This document shows positions 1 to 14,114 of a stretch of DNA of 64,000 bases, piece after piece. Both the position numbers and the translations under genes were made by a program. Below the pieces are notes generated by a model. That model was not told the DNA's origin. It searched no databases and was given only the letters and a program-made list of their open reading frames with translations. Numbering within the stretch: position 1 is the first letter of the stretch; the number at the start of each line of letters is the position of its first letter. The stretch comes from Azolla caroliniana (taxonomy: Eukaryota > Plantae > Polypodiophyta): positions 18,972,001 through 19,036,000 of the forward strand of contig JBHGNT010000015.1 in assembly GCA_043228905.1 (NCBI GenBank), read 5' to 3'.

Positions 1-489
1 CTCATTACATTATACATATGTCCCTATCTGCAAATATGCACACTAAGCCTGAAAACAAACCCTGGAAAACCTTGTTAATATTATGATAATGTGTGTTTTG
101 ACCTTAGAATAAGAAGTTCCAATAACATAAGGAATCTTCTCTTTGTATTTTTATTTATTTACAAATGCTAGATTGTGCCTTAGATGGTTGATGTGCTCTC
201 CAGGGATTTGTGAATTCCCTATTAAGGTTATATTTGTTTTTACCTTTTCATTTCTTGATTGCGCTTTAGATGGTGTCTGTTCTCGTTGTTAGAGATCTCC
301 CATTAACATTGTCTGATTTATGCATATTGTCTTCGTTTGGTTTTAAAATTAAACATTATTGCTAGCATATCTTTCTCTATTGTATGATGAGTTAAAAATA
401 ATTGTAGCATTGTCAAGTGTCTCCTTGAATCCTAACATCACTAGGGCATCTCATCCCATGCCAATGATGAATATAAACACGTTTTGGAA

Positions 490-1160
490 CTTTCAAAGAC
501 AAAAATTACAATATATTTGACTTGAGAATCTTACATGTATCAATGACGAGATACTTTAGTCATGTCTTACACTATTTCTATTTACTTAGTTATATTTATT
601 TTGGTTTGTTGTTCTGAGGTAATCTCTTGTTTAGTCTTATGGGTCATTTTGGCCTCTTAAAATTCAGTGTATCTCTCTCTCCCTTGGTGGAAACACACAA
701 TTATATTAATAAATGTGTGAAAAACACTATAATTATACCACAACTGAGTGGTATCAACCGCAATATGGATATTGGGACATGCTAAATTGCCAATAGGCAG
801 GACACATACTCCATCAAGGAAAGAATTTTGATTTTCTCCAATAAACACAATTGCCACATCAATTCTACCTTCAACTTTGCTCTAATTCCATGCCCATCAT
901 CAAATACAAATGCATTGGATGTATCCATATTTTGAAGACAAAAGCTATAATATATCTAACTTGTGAATCTTACATTTGCCGAAAACCATATTGTTTAGTC
1001 TCTTTTTATCTTATTTACTTTTATATTTAGTTAGTAATATTTATTTTATTTTGATTTCTTGTTCTCAAAGACAAGACAACACTTAAGATGTAATCTCTTG
1101 TTTGGTCTTATAGGCTATTTTGACCTCTTAAAAGACATTAATATATCTTTCTTTCTTTCT
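490..1160. repeat. Dispersed AT-rich repeat family (probable non-autonomous TE); related copies at ~7890-8007 (inverted) and ~54110-54320
   Basis: GACTTGAGAATCTTACATGTAT...TTTAGTCATGTCTTA is shared by ~520-570 and ~54130-54185, with a variant at ~940-1140. 690-810 matches the reverse complement of 7890-8007. Confidence 0.6.
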
Positions 1161-2450
1161 TCTCTCTCTCTCATTCATTGGTAAAGTTCTTAAACATCGA
1201 GAGTCGCTACTCACTTTCACACGTATCAGGTGAAATGTAATATTTTTGGTCTCATGGGTCATATTTGACCTCCGAAGACAATAATATAATCTACCTATCT
1301 ATCTATCTATCTCATCTCTCATTGGCATAGAAATGCCTTGTTGCTTCCAATAAAGATTCCCCTCTGAGTCTCATTTCAAGAATAGTGAATGTTTCATCTG
1401 TACATGTGTTTGGGTGTTAACCTATGGATGTTGGCTCATCAAAGTTGGACACCATTTGGGTTGTCAACATCATGTGGATCTTATTGATCATTTGCCATTA
1501 CGTCAAAGAAAGATGAAGATGTACTTGATTGGAGAAGTTCTCTGATCAGAGCTTTGTCTTCATGGGTTGTGTGGAAAATGTCGTTGATGATGTTTGGGTA
1601 AAGTAGTGTGCCCACACCCTCTAGAATAAATCCTTATTGCTTTGAAGACAAAATGTTCTCAAATGTTGTGGTGGTTGGAGAGGAAATTTTCAATATTCAA
1701 TATATGTAGTCCAATTCCATCACTAATCTATCCAGAAAGAGAAAGATCCAAATGCAATTCCGTGTATGTTTCAAACTTCCCTGCAATCAGTTGACTGGGA
1801 TTGTTTTGGATTCACTAGGCATCCTTGTAATCAGGTGTCCATTCCATTGTATCGATACTCTTAAATATTCCAAAAGTTTCCATCACAGTAGGATCTGCAT
1901 TATATTCTGAGCTTGGATTTTGGTGTCTTCCGCATTTAGTTTGGATGTGTGACATGCTCATTGGGTAATTCGCTATGTTGCAATTTTTTAGCGTAATCTG
2001 AAGCTTATGACTGGGAAATGGGGACACCTAGAACAATCCTGGCATAGAGTGGTTCGACAAATACACTTGAGCCTAGATGGATGTACCTTGCTTGTTAAGG
2101 TGCTCAGCAGAAACTAGCAGGTCATACATTCAACCCCTACATTCCACGGTGATCTAGAAAATTAGTGTTGTCAGTGAGGTTTGAACCCAAGTGTATATGG
2201 ACATGGCTTATCACTAGAGTATAGGCCTAATACAAAGAAAAAGAAAAGAAATAAGCTGCATTTCCCTTGTAATGATCAGGGAGGTGGATCATTGTCAACT
2301 GAATCTTCAAGGAAGATTTTAATCAAAATGACTGTGCATATTGATTTCACTTATGCAACTAGTTTGCCATTGAGCATAAAGTTTGCTTAGAATAGTTATT
2401 GAAAACAGGACATTGTTAGTATTTATCAATAAAAAATGGAATATTTGCAG

Positions 2451-4376
2451 TGATTACAGGTGAAGTGGCTAATTTTGCAGCGTATGCATATGCTCCTGCC
2501 ATTTTGGTAACCCCTCTTGGTGCTGTTAGCATTATAGTAAGGTAAGAGCATATAGTATGCAACTACTTTTCTTTACATGTTTTGTTGAAAGAATGCATAT
2601 GCATTTGCCAAAATCAGTAAGCATATGCGATAAATGTATAACATAATATAGTAAAGTAAAAGCATATAATATGTAAAAAACGTAGTGCATGTGTTTCGAT
2701 GAAAGAATCATGAAGTGTATGCTGTAAATATTTTCATAGTAATGTAAACATGACTTTATTTTACTTGAAGTAAGAACCAATAAGCAGAAAATGGACATAT
2801 ATGTGGGCATTATCTTGGTAAAGACTGTTTCAACCCACTTGTTTAAGAGAAACTTCATAAACAACCTCATGGGATGTTTTCTACAGTGCTGTTTTAGCGC
2901 ACATAGTTCTCAAAGAGAATCTTCATGCCCTTGGAGTTTTGGGTTGCATGTTAAGCATGGTCGGGTCTGTAACAATGGTGCTACATGCCCCAAGGGATCA
3001 GAATATTGAGTCTGTGGAAGAGATTTGGGAGCTTGCAACGCAATCAGGTAGGCTTTTGTATATATTTTTTGAGATAAGTTTGTGTATATATACCTATTTA
3101 TAGTATAATTGTATTTTTCTATGATATCTGGGAATGCACTCTTAGTTATACATTTTCTGTGCAGCTTTTGTAATATATATGATATTGGCCACTGCCATGA
3201 TATTTGTCTTGATCATATTCTTGATACCTGTGTATGGTCGGACTCATGTGATCGTGTGTATCAGTATATGCTCACTTGCGGGATCGCTAACAGTATGTAA
3301 ACAATAATTATATAGATAGATAGATAGATAGATAAAAAAAATCTAACATCTGATATCCATGCTACTCATGAACAGGTAATGAGTGTAAAAGCTCTTGGTA
3401 TTGCCATTAAGCTGAGTATTCAAGGGGATAATCAATTTTTGCATCCACATATATGGGCTTTTGTAGCTGTGGTGATTGTATGTGGCTTAACGCAGCTGAA
3501 TTACTTAAACATGGTGGGGGCTAAATTTTGGATTTATTTATGTGTTTATTTTACTGGAAGATTATCTTCTTGGTTCTGAGGAGTTAACTTGCAGTAATAT
3601 CCCAGGCATTGGATGCATTTGATACAACAGTGGTTTCTCTGATATACTATGTGATGTTTACATCATGCACAATTTTGGCAAGTGTCATCATGTTCAAGGT
3701 GAGAATTTATCTACCAGTAAGAACATAATATTAAGGAAAGCTCCAGCCTCCAAGATATCTTTTATTCTCACAAATGCCCTTCTCTCAGGTTTTCATTAGT
3801 TTTCCCAAATGTCCTGGTTCTGGAACAAGAAAAAAACGAGGTGGATTTAACCGGGGGGTTGCTGTAATTAGTAAATATAATTGAAACATAGGTGAGAGGG
3901 AGTTGTTTGAAACTACCCCATAGGCATTTTGGAAAATAATGAAAATTTAGGTTCATTTGAGGGATTTAAGGAAAAACTCAGAAGTTTTTTTTGGAGAGTC
4001 TCCCTATAATGTTAAAAATGTATAGTTAATTCTGTTGCAACAGAGATAAACCTCTTGAGAGAGTAATTTAAAAATATATAATTATGTGAGTGATACAGAG
4101 TTGGCAAGGCCAGCCTACTTCAAGTATAATCTCAGAAATGTGTGGATTCTTGATCATCTTGTTTGGCATGACATTACTAATAGTGTCAAAGGATATTGGG
4201 AATCCTGATTTCTTCCGAATAAGTGAGTATCTTTATATTCTCTATAGTTAAAATTCAGATTTCAAACATCACTTTTGACCTGCATCACTTTTTTAACAGC
4301 TGCATATTATCCATTCTCTCCTATTTCAAAACGCCTTCTTGCAGATCAAAATGATTCCAAACAATTCAACAAATGA
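2451..4376 (+). CDS. NIPA: NIPA-family probable magnesium transporter, 3' portion. Exons approx 2451-2541, 2887-3047, 3165-3292, 3376-3513, 3606-3698, 4099-4222, 4300-4376; 5' exons not identified
   Basis: GT-AG spliced exons join in frame to give [30 protein letters not shown] / [20 protein letters not shown]...VLHAP / [10 protein letters not shown] / [13 protein letters not shown]...QLNYLN / [31 protein letters not shown], the hallmark plant NIPA motifs. Stop TGA at 4374-4376. Confidence 0.93.
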
Positions 4377-5989
4377 AGGTTGGTTTTTCTTTTGTACAAC
4401 GCTTTTTCTTAGTTGTTCCATGTTTGTAACGGTGGATATTAAAGAGAAACAGAAGGAAGAAGGGCCTCTTTGTACAAAACGAAATAAGTACACTAAAATT
4501 TGTATACCTCAAGATACTCTTATGTCAGCACCACCAGATTAATGGATTTGATTTAACTGAGAAAACTATTCGAAGATTGGACTCAATTGGAGCAACCCTT
4601 GATCTAGAAATGGTCATCGCAAGCATATGTTTAGTAAAATTTCATTAAGCGTATTGAAGAGTTTTTGCCTCGTGCTTCTTGCTTCTTGCTGGATGGCAAA
4701 TGAACTCGTCGTGGAAAGGCTAGATGGCCCAAATGGATACTCTTGTAAAATTTTAAAAGATTTATTGGTGTGAATTTTGCAGGTACTTGATGTAAAGCTT
4801 GTTCATAGGTTCTCATGTTCAATAGTTCTAATCATGGCCCACTTATGGAGCATTCTTTCTCCGTTTTATGTTCCTCGTTGTGTCAACAAATGTTGATTTG
4901 AGAGGTGTCATTGGCCATAAATCTCATATTCAAAAGGGTTCTTCTCATTGATCTCATGTGGGTAACAACTTTCTTGTCTTTGTTCCATCTTGAGTATTTC
5001 TTTTGTTGAATATATAATGGGGTGTCCATATGTTACCATCAGCTTGAATTGCCTTATATTTTTGTACAACAATACCCAAGGATTATGTATAACTCAACTT
5101 CTCCACGATTCTTTCAAGTCATGTATAAAACACTTTTTGCCAAGACATTGGTAAAGATGAGTTTGTCATTCCATGAATATTGTAACATCATATTCCTTGT
5201 ATTGGTGCATCATCTTATGGTTTATAACCATTTATTACCTAAATTCTAACATGAACACTCCCAAGTTTTTACCGTGAAAATTTTCATGTTTCATCAATTT
5301 GTCCATGTTTATCTTTCATTGTTCTATATTGACATACAACGATAATGGTTTCTCCTTGGAGGTTGAATAATCCTTCACACTGCATAATCATGCATGTGTT
5401 AGTACTTGTTTATTTATGCTCATCCCCTTCATTGTATGTTGAAACAAATTTATGCCACTTTTTAACGGCCAAGTAACATGTTTGCCATGGAAAATTTCAA
5501 CAGTAATCACATCTTAGAAATAGTGAAAATATTGAGATATATTGACTGCCTAAAGGTAACCCATAGAGCTACTTCTACACACAATAACAATAATACTTAG
5601 GTAAAAGTGATTGATAATCATCCTAATAAGATGAGGATTTGTCAAAGTTAGATGATATGATTAGATCAAAATATTAATAAAATACTAATAAAATGAAGTG
5701 GTGCTATGTTATTAAGAACAATAAGCATCATAATTAGATTGTATCCTTCAATCATAATGTTATTGCATTATAAAGTTGAATTATATGGAACTTATTAAGC
5801 CCTTTGAGTAGTTTGTTGATCCTTTGTAATCCTATATTGTCTCATCTTTTATGTTGATCAAAGTTGTTATGGTTCTAGGCATCCACATGGGTGCTGGCAA
5901 CATGTGAATGCACACTCAATTGGATCGGGATTAGGTGGCCAATAAATGGGGTTCTAGATCTCATTCTCAATTATCAAGTGATCACCACA

Positions 5990-7340
5990 TTCTTGAATTC
6001 ACCATCAATTTGGGGGTGATATGTCGAGGATAGGTTCATAGAAGTGCCGAATGTTCAAAGGAGTCGTCACCAAAACTGGGGGAAGAATTGAAACCCATGA
6101 TCGAGGGTGATATCGTCCAATAAGCCGTTAGTCAAATTCCTTTTTCAAAAGCAGTTAGTCAAATTCCACCCCTGAGATATTTTTGAACATGGGGTAAAGT
6201 GAGCCATCTTTGTAAACCAATCAATGATCATGAGAACCAAGTTGTACTTATTGATTGAGGGTAGGTTGGTGATCAAATCAATTGATCTCATTTGCGCCGA
6301 ATCGGATAAACCGGCTAGGGGTGTGAAGTCAACTATTAATGAAACCAATAGATTATTGTAATTAAATTATTAGAAGTGACGATTTAGATTAGGACAAAAT
6401 AGCTATGACTCTTAATAAAGAGATATGATCCGGAAGTATGTGCCGATTTGATCTGGTGTTGTATCATCACATGCTTACCTATAAAGAAGGGGCATGAGTC
6501 TTGTATAAAGTTGTCCGTATATGAAGCGTAATAGATATCTATAAGTTTGTGCATACAATACCCTACTATTTTGATTTCGATGTGTGTTTAACAATAAGTA
6601 AATAACATTGTGATTCGCCGATCCAGACGGAGTAATTACGAGACGATTCGGACTGTGAGTATATTAACCGAATTATCATATTCTATCCAACGAACATTAA
6701 TTATTAATTGCAGTCTGTGTATTATTCCCATCACTCTTACCATGATCTTTGGTGAGGGGTTCTCAAGGATTGAGTATCTAACCCATGATTCCTAGGGATT
6801 AAGAAACACCCTAACTGGTGACTTGGCAAGTTGAACGAAACCCTTCTTGAGGATCTCATCAAGGTATGTTTAGAGAGCCTAGAGTTCTTGTTCAGACAAT
6901 CTATGTATGGGGTGGACAGGTAGATGGGTGCCATCTTGTAGATCGATTGGGCAATCACATTATTGATGTTCAAGCAAGAGATATGCATTTCTTTTCTCGA
7001 ATACATTGATCAACAAAGTCTTGGTATTTCGTAGGCAACAAATCCGAATCGATGCCCACGATAGATGGAGGCAAATGTAAATCGATTACTTTTCTTATTG
7101 GACGATATCACCTATGTTCCCTAGCCTCAATTCATCTCCTAGATTTGGATACGACTCCTTTAGGCATTCAACACTTTTATGAACCTATCCTCGACATATC
7201 ACCCCCAAACCAATGGCCAAACTGAACGAGTCAACCAAACCCTTGAATGATACCTATGGTGCACTATCACCTACCAGTAAGAGAATTGGATCAACTTTCT
7301 CTCAATGGCCAAGTTCATGTACAACAACACTCTCCAATCA
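5990..7340. mobile_element. Degenerate, rearranged Ty3/Gypsy LTR-retrotransposon fragments (integrase on both strands, RT N-terminus on minus strand)
   Basis: Minus 6190-6300: SIDLITNLP...LVLMIIDWFTKMAHFTPC. Minus 6010-6125: LLDDIT.DHGFQF...MNLSSTYHPQ.DG. Plus 7095-7330: MNLSSTYHPQTNGQTERVNQTLE. Minus ~6810-6870 is an RT-start-like YLDEILKKGFVQLAKSP. Many stops and frameshifts. Confidence 0.85.
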
Positions 7341-8004
7341 GTGTCACAAAATACAGTTTCCATCCTCACTTGAATGTTTCCGTCTTTTGCCATATCCGTG
7401 AACCCTCGACAAAGGAATGTGTCTACCTGCTAGAGATTGTACATTGTGACAATAACTTTGATTATAGATGGTGGCAAATCTTGAAACATAGTTGGCCTTC
7501 TAAATGGCCATTTAAAGCAAAGGACTTCATTTTGGAGAGTATTGATTCAGAGTTTGCTTTTGAGATTACTCTAAAGCGATGGGACTAGCAACAAGGGATT
7601 GCTTCTTTTGCACTGTTCAAGTAGAAAATACTACTTGTCATTTCATACAATGACCAATCGCTAGTCAGATTTGGAGTTACATTTCTAGGTTTGGCAAGTT
7701 TTGTAGCATTTTTATTTGACGCCACGATAATGAGTGTTCTCATAATTCACACATGTTAACCCAAAATGAGAGATGAAGACCATTTCCTATTATTGAGATA
7801 GTGGGGATTGCATCATATTTGGGATATGCACAATAGTTTCGTATTTGATATTAAGCATGAACTCAAAGAATATCTACCCTCAATTAAGTGTTCATCTTGC
7901 CTTTTGGCAATTTAACATGTCCCACTACCCTTGTAATAGTGGTGACCACACTATTGTAGTACCATTTTAGTGTTTTCACACACATTTATTAATATAATTG
8001 GGTG

Positions 8005-8048
<44 letters not shown>

Positions 8049-9056
8049 ATGAGACAAAGAGAGAAGTAATCAAGTATTTTTATTGTTACATATGACAAGC
8101 CAACAACATTAGTCATAACATGATTTGCTAAAGTTTGCAAGCAAAGAAAAGACTATAATATTGTATTATTGAAAATGACATAACATTTTTTAAGTATGTG
8201 ATAGCCTGTTCATTTGAACTGTCTTCTCATTCAACATCAATTCACGCACCAATTACAATCAATGCATGTAATAAATATACCTAGTTTTGATGTGCACATA
8301 AGACATGTACCCTAGATTGAATTAACATCTCTTAATGGGCCTTTGCTAACAACATGTAGATCTCTATCCGTCAACAACCAACCACCTAACTAACATAATT
8401 GCAAATCATAACATACTTTGGTATGGTGTTTCTTTACCGTAATAATCTTGATGCTAGAAGTTCAAAGCAACATACTTGCCACCAAGCTTTATCACATCGA
8501 TAGGTAACCTTTCATGTCAATGTTTCTATCAAGTTAGGAACTCACAACATAACCAGCACAACCTAAGATAGTTAACAAGCATTTCCAATTATATTTGAAG
8601 TTGACAAAACATGAAGATGAAGCGCAAATTGCCAATACACTATGACCAAGAAACTTACATGATGTGTCATAGCTTGGTAATGTTGTAAGAAAACAGAGGT
8701 GAAAAATATGACAATAATCTTGTTGCTCAAGCGTGCATATTTTTGTAAACTAAACAACATTCCAAACGAGATCCCAAAATCCTAAATATTTGTAGCATAC
8801 AAGGACAAAAATCTCCATTGCGCATACATTGGCACGCGTATACATATTTGTAGTGGGTGGTTCTGTATGTACTATGCACATGTATATGTATATACATGTT
8901 ACAATACATGCATACACACATACATACATACACACACATACATGCATTCCATAGATGAGAGGAGTCCATTGGAGCATGAGATAAAGAAATTGGAGTGACA
9001 ATGAGGGCAATTATGTAGTTTAGAATTATTGAGACAGTTCTCAAATTTGGTGTTTA

Positions 9057-9554
9057 TTATTTTGGAGCATCATCAAAGTTGAGGGCATAACTAATGGGAT
9101 CATAGAGCAAATTAAGACGAGGAGGGCGTTCACACGCAACCGCCCCGACACACACGGCAGGCGAAAAACACGAGGTTGGAGCGCGCGTCCGAATCCGGCG
9201 AATAAGGGCCTGACACTTGGCGGACTCACATTGGCCGTCGTGGCGCCATTTCCCCAGCCTAGCCATATTGTTACCAAGTTTGTATGATTTCTTAGTATAA
9301 TGAGAATGGTGATGATGAGAATTAGGGCTAAGGTTTAAATAAATCCGGTCATTTGTGTTATATTCATTGACTGTATGTGTGGAATTGGGAATGAGGATTT
9401 GGTAACGATGGTGATGGTGATGATGGGCAAAGTCAAGGTCATGGTCATGGTGGAGCTTCATATAAAGCATCAATGCTCTGATTTGTGCATCCATGGATCT
9501 CTGCATATCCTTCCTCAACTCTGTCCACCATCTCTTGATTGATCTAACCCTCAT
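9057..9554 (-). CDS. Small His-rich plant protein with C-terminal YDPxSYALNFDD motif (uncharacterised plant family)
   Basis: 165-aa intronless ORF with a GC-rich 3' half, ending LLYDPISYALNFDDAPK, a motif conserved in small uncharacterised plant proteins. A (CT)n tract lies in the putative 5' UTR (9590-9678). Confidence 0.72.
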   Translation of the reverse strand: MRVRSIKRWWTELRKDMQRSMDAQIRALMLYMKLHHDHDLDFAHHHHHHRYQILIPNSTHTVNEYNTNDRIYLNLSPNSHHHHSHYTKKSYKLGNNMARLGKWRHDGQCESAKCQALIRRIRTRAPTSCFSPAVCVGAVACERPPRLNLLYDPISYALNFDDAPK

Positions 9555-9641
9555 CTTGGTAACCCACTTGTGAATGGATGAATAAATGAATGAGAGAGAG
9601 AGAGAGAGAGAAAGAAAGAAAGAAAGAGAGATAGACCTTAT

Positions 9642-9683
<42 letters not shown>

Positions 9684-10006
9684 AAGTCCTCAGGAGTTCG
9701 AGTACGACCTTTCGAGTGAAATATTTTCCCGTTATCGACGTGTGTCACCCGAAACTCGGGAGTTTCATCTCCAAGTGTGTCTTGGCCATTGAGAGTGTGG
9801 ACATTAGTTGCCAGGGCCGACATTTGGAAAATGTGTAGGGAGGGATCGGCCTAGGTTTTAAAGAATGTGGAGAATGTGTTGGGACGGATCGGCTCATCGA
9901 ATGTGAGAGCATTGCGTTAGACAGTTATACTTGAGAGACCTGAACATTGCTTTAGAGTGTGATACATGAGCCACCCAAATTTAATCGAGGTAAAGGGCAC
10001 GCACAA

Positions 10007-10370
10007 CCAACAAGTCTCGTAGTTAATACCCTTGGGGGTGAGCTTTGACAATCATAGATGGGTTACATGGGCGAGTGTGATTTAGTTCTTCAAAGAATAA
10101 TATGGTTCTGTAGTATTGATGAAAAAAATGTAACATAATGTGTGGGCCACGCGAGCCTCCAAATCTCTCCTGAGGTAACTTGTCCATGAACAATCCACCA
10201 ACAAGTCTCGTAGTTAGTACCTTTGGGGGTGAGCTCTAACATGCATGGGTGAGTGTGATTTATTCGTTCAGCGAAGAATATGGTTTTGTGGTCTGATGAA
10301 GAAAACGTAACATAATGTGTGGATCATGAGCCTCCCAACCCCTACCATGGTAACTCGTCCATGAACCTCC
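10007..10370. repeat. Direct tandem duplication, ~190-bp unit
   Basis: CCAACAAGTCTCGTAGTTA(A/G)TACC.TTGGGGGTGAGCT...TAACATAATGTGTGG...GTCCATGAAC occurs at ~10007 and ~10198. Confidence 0.8.
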
Positions 10371-11889
10371 AAAACTTGGCCTCTCCTTAGGAATGGACGG
10401 GGAAGACGATACCCGTGATTACATTTCACACTTAAAGGAACCCTTTTGTATACACACTTCCTTTAGAGAAAGTAAACTTCCTAGGCTTTCACCTAAATAT
10501 TAACCTTACGACCTTCTCTCCCTTTTTTGTTCCTTTGCTTCTTTACTTCCTTTTTGAGGTTGGCTTTCTGTCCCACCTCCACTACTCCACTACGTCGGTG
10601 CACTTTAAAGCACTCCTATATTATACATCAAATTTAATAAGATTCCCTGCATGTTTCCCACCCCCTTATGACTCAATGCACACCACACCACCCCATGACC
10701 TTTGTGAATAGTGAACACCATGGTTCTCATTGTAGTTCATTCATGACACAACTTTCAATGTAATAAAGAACCTATTACAAACAGGTTTATGTGATAATCA
10801 AATACACTAGATTATGTGTATCATTGATTGCTTTAAAGAGGCATCCCTAACTTGACATGTGCACTTTCATGATTAATGCGTAATAAGTTTGTTTGTTTTG
10901 AACAAAATATCATGGTCGAGTGCCCTGCCTCCAAGCATTGGCAACAATCACCACTGTCCACAAGTATTGTATACAATATTCTTTGAATGCATTGTATAAT
11001 AATTCCCATTATTATTAATTCTCGCATACATTTTCAATTGTTCTCTTTTATGAGTGCTACAATATTTTTTCATGGGTAAACCGTAAGACGATAAAAAGAA
11101 AAGCACAAAAACTACGGAATAAAAATCGACAAATAGGAGAGTTAAAAGTTTAACATGCTTGTTTGCTAAGTACCTAAGGGTTTAATATCAATGGATTGGC
11201 TAGCCTATTAATTCACTCTATTGATCGATGTGTCTCTATGTGCATCTACAAGAAAGGGAGAGTAGGTATCTTTTTTTTTCCATAAAAATATCCTCCATTG
11301 GTATTAAAATTAAAGTGGTAAGGGGCAATATACAAATAAAATATAATCTAAGCCATCTCAACAATTATAGATCATCCGAGAAAAGACCAAAGATAAGTGA
11401 TATCATTTGGCAAGATACCTTCTTACGTTATTCAATCAAAGCATTTTTAGTGCCTCGTCATGAACACCATACTCTACATAGCCTTGTTGAGAGTGCAACC
11501 ATCATTTTCTTAAGCGAGATAGGAAGATTTCTATTTGATTTATCCATTACATAGAAGAACTTTGATGACCTTTCCCTTTGAAGGCTAAAATCACTATCTC
11601 AAAAAGAGAAATTTGCCCACAAACAAACCAATTTTTAAAAACGATTACTTATGCATCTAAGGCTCTCATTTTTTGTGTGTGTGTTTTCCTCCAAACTTTC
11701 CATTCCTCACAATTTTTTAAAACAATCACTTCTCTGGCTCTCTTTTTCTGTGTGTATGTTTTGCTACTAGAATATGCATGCATCCATGGCTCTATATTTC
11801 TCTTTTCCACCAAAATTTCCGTTCCTCACCTCTAGCATCGATTAGTACCTGTGTATTATTCACTTTCCTTTGAGCTTGCAAAATGCATA

Positions 11890-12170
11890 TAGTCCCAAAT
11901 ACCACAGTAAAGAAGTCCTTCATATTCCCACAAATTGTTTGAGTCAAGGGAGAGTAAGGTGTTGTCTTCAAAAAGATTGTATAATTCAAGAAGAATGCCA
12001 AAATGCATGAAGCCAACACAGCAAGTTGAAAACCTATTTCAGACACTCAAAGAAAATTCATGGTTCTCTCTAAATCTTCATTTAAAATTGCCCATAGTGC
12101 CAATTTGGGTCCACAAATCATACCATTACACCATGTAGACCAAAACTGTTGAGCCCACTTGTTTTACCTT
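11890..12170 (-). pseudogene. Pseudogene fragment of a nucleotide-sugar transporter (UGNT1/SLC35D-like)
   Basis: Reads GKTSGLNSFGL/(frameshift)WCNGMICGP...DLERTMNFL*VSEIGFQLAVLASCILAFFLNYTIFLKTTPYSPLTQTICGNMKDFFTV. One frameshift, one stop, and no other parts of the gene found nearby. Confidence 0.8.
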
Positions 12171-14114
12171 GCTTTGGATGCTTTATTGTTGACATACAAA
12201 GTGGAGTGATCCAACAAAGTTTAGGGTTTGGATGGTTTATTGATTTTGTAATTTGTGGCAACTCTCTTTATCCGGGTTATGTTGATTTGTTGTGAGGAAG
12301 AAGATATGCATGCATACACCAATCAAGAATGAGAGACAACGATGAAATTAAGAAGAAATATTAAGCAAGGCATTACAACAAAACAACGAGACAATGGGTT
12401 GTAACTTGTAACTTGTAAGTTAAATGTGCTTCTATGTTAGGAGCATATACAACTTTGTGGCTTAGTTTTGACTTAAGAAAACAAGTTGCTAACCTTAATG
12501 ACAAAACCAACCAAATTGTTAACTACACAACCACTCCTTCCATTGCCTAGTCTCCATGCCATCCCTTTTTCCAAGTTTGACGTACAAGCCTAGAATGAAT
12601 ATTATCCTCACAAATCGATGACCCAACACATAAATCTCAGCGTTATTGGGTTTGTCCACAAATTTGCATCATAAAAATTAAAAAAATACCCCTTTAAAAA
12701 TTGTGCACCGAATAAGAAATACTTGATTACAAATGAAGACTACAAATCACTCGATTAAAGCTAAAATGATAACAAACAAATAAATCAAATCATCATTTGT
12801 TTTTATTTGTGTATTTGGTTTTGAATGACTCTTTATATTGCTAGTGGGGAACCTCGAGACAAGGTGAAAACTCACAGCACAAACACCAATATACAACAAA
12901 GTTGTGCTCAAAAGGAGGATTTTCTTCTATTCTCGAGCCCCTCTCAAGTGAACATTAAAATTATTTTCTTTATAATACCGATTTGGAGGGGACTTGCATT
13001 CGATAGGCAAACAAACCCCTGTCGAAAGCGGAATCCTTTCTAGACAAGAAAAACTTCAAGGCCTTTGTTTTTACAAGTAGTTTTTATTGTTGCTCCAACA
13101 TGAATGACATTGGCTTTCACTAAAAGAAGTTTATTTCATGTTATTTTTTTACTTTTTCTCATATACAATATTAGCTTTTTTTGTTTTTCATTTATTTTTG
13201 TATTTATTTGAACACTAGTTTTGATGTTTATCTCTTTATTTATTCCTATCACTAGGTCTTTTTTTTAAATAATTTATTTATTTGCTAATGCCATCATGGT
13301 TTGAGCTGGATATCGTATATCGTTATTGCTTGAATCGGAATCGTGCATAAACACATAACTTCCAATAAATATAGCTAAAGAGTGGTGTTGCCTATAGAAA
13401 ATAGCATGGATAGCATGGCATCATCCCTTGCCGAGAAGAGTGTTCACTCGATGCCCGAATCTCGCTGTGGGCAAGCATCATCATGGAGGAGCATGCATTC
13501 AATCACAAAGTTAGTCACAAGCACCGTTGTCAATGCAACTTTAGAAGGAAATATAGAGGGAACGTGGTTTAATCGAATATTACCTATTGTGGTGATTTTG
13601 TTTGTGTTGGTTTATCAATGTTAATGGTATCAATGACAAGGTTGAATAACTTACATTAAGGAATAAAAATTATCAATGTGTATAACTTATAAGTATGGGT
13701 TTAATATAGTATTGCAATGATTAAGGTTTATTTTGATGATATGACGATGATGAGTTTATATTAATGTTATGAGAATGATGAGTTTGCATTAATAGATATC
13801 ATAATGATTACATTATGCTAAAGATATACTCATGAGTCCAAAGTCCGTATAGTTCTTTTAGAACTTGGAAACGAACTATGTAAATTGTGGATGTTGAATG
13901 TAAGGGTGTATAGATGTTTAGGGATATGTTTATCTCACATATGTATAAAGGATTCCCCGTGAAATTGGTATCATTTGGGGATCCATGTTTACAACTATTA
14001 TGTGAAGGGGTATATGTAAGTGGTTGTGTGAATGATCCCTTATGAAAAGTCCACGATTAAGAGATTTGGTTGTTAACAAGGAATGGAATGGAATGGTATT
14101 GATGGACTTGCATG

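Noticed and set aside
2278-2345. Candidate upstream NIPA exon (GGGSLSTE...)
   Set aside because: Lacks the expected YL.EPLWW motif and a good donor site.
9586-9823. ER/SL dipeptide-repeat ORFs (also 24427-24682)
   Set aside because: (GA)n microsatellite artefacts.
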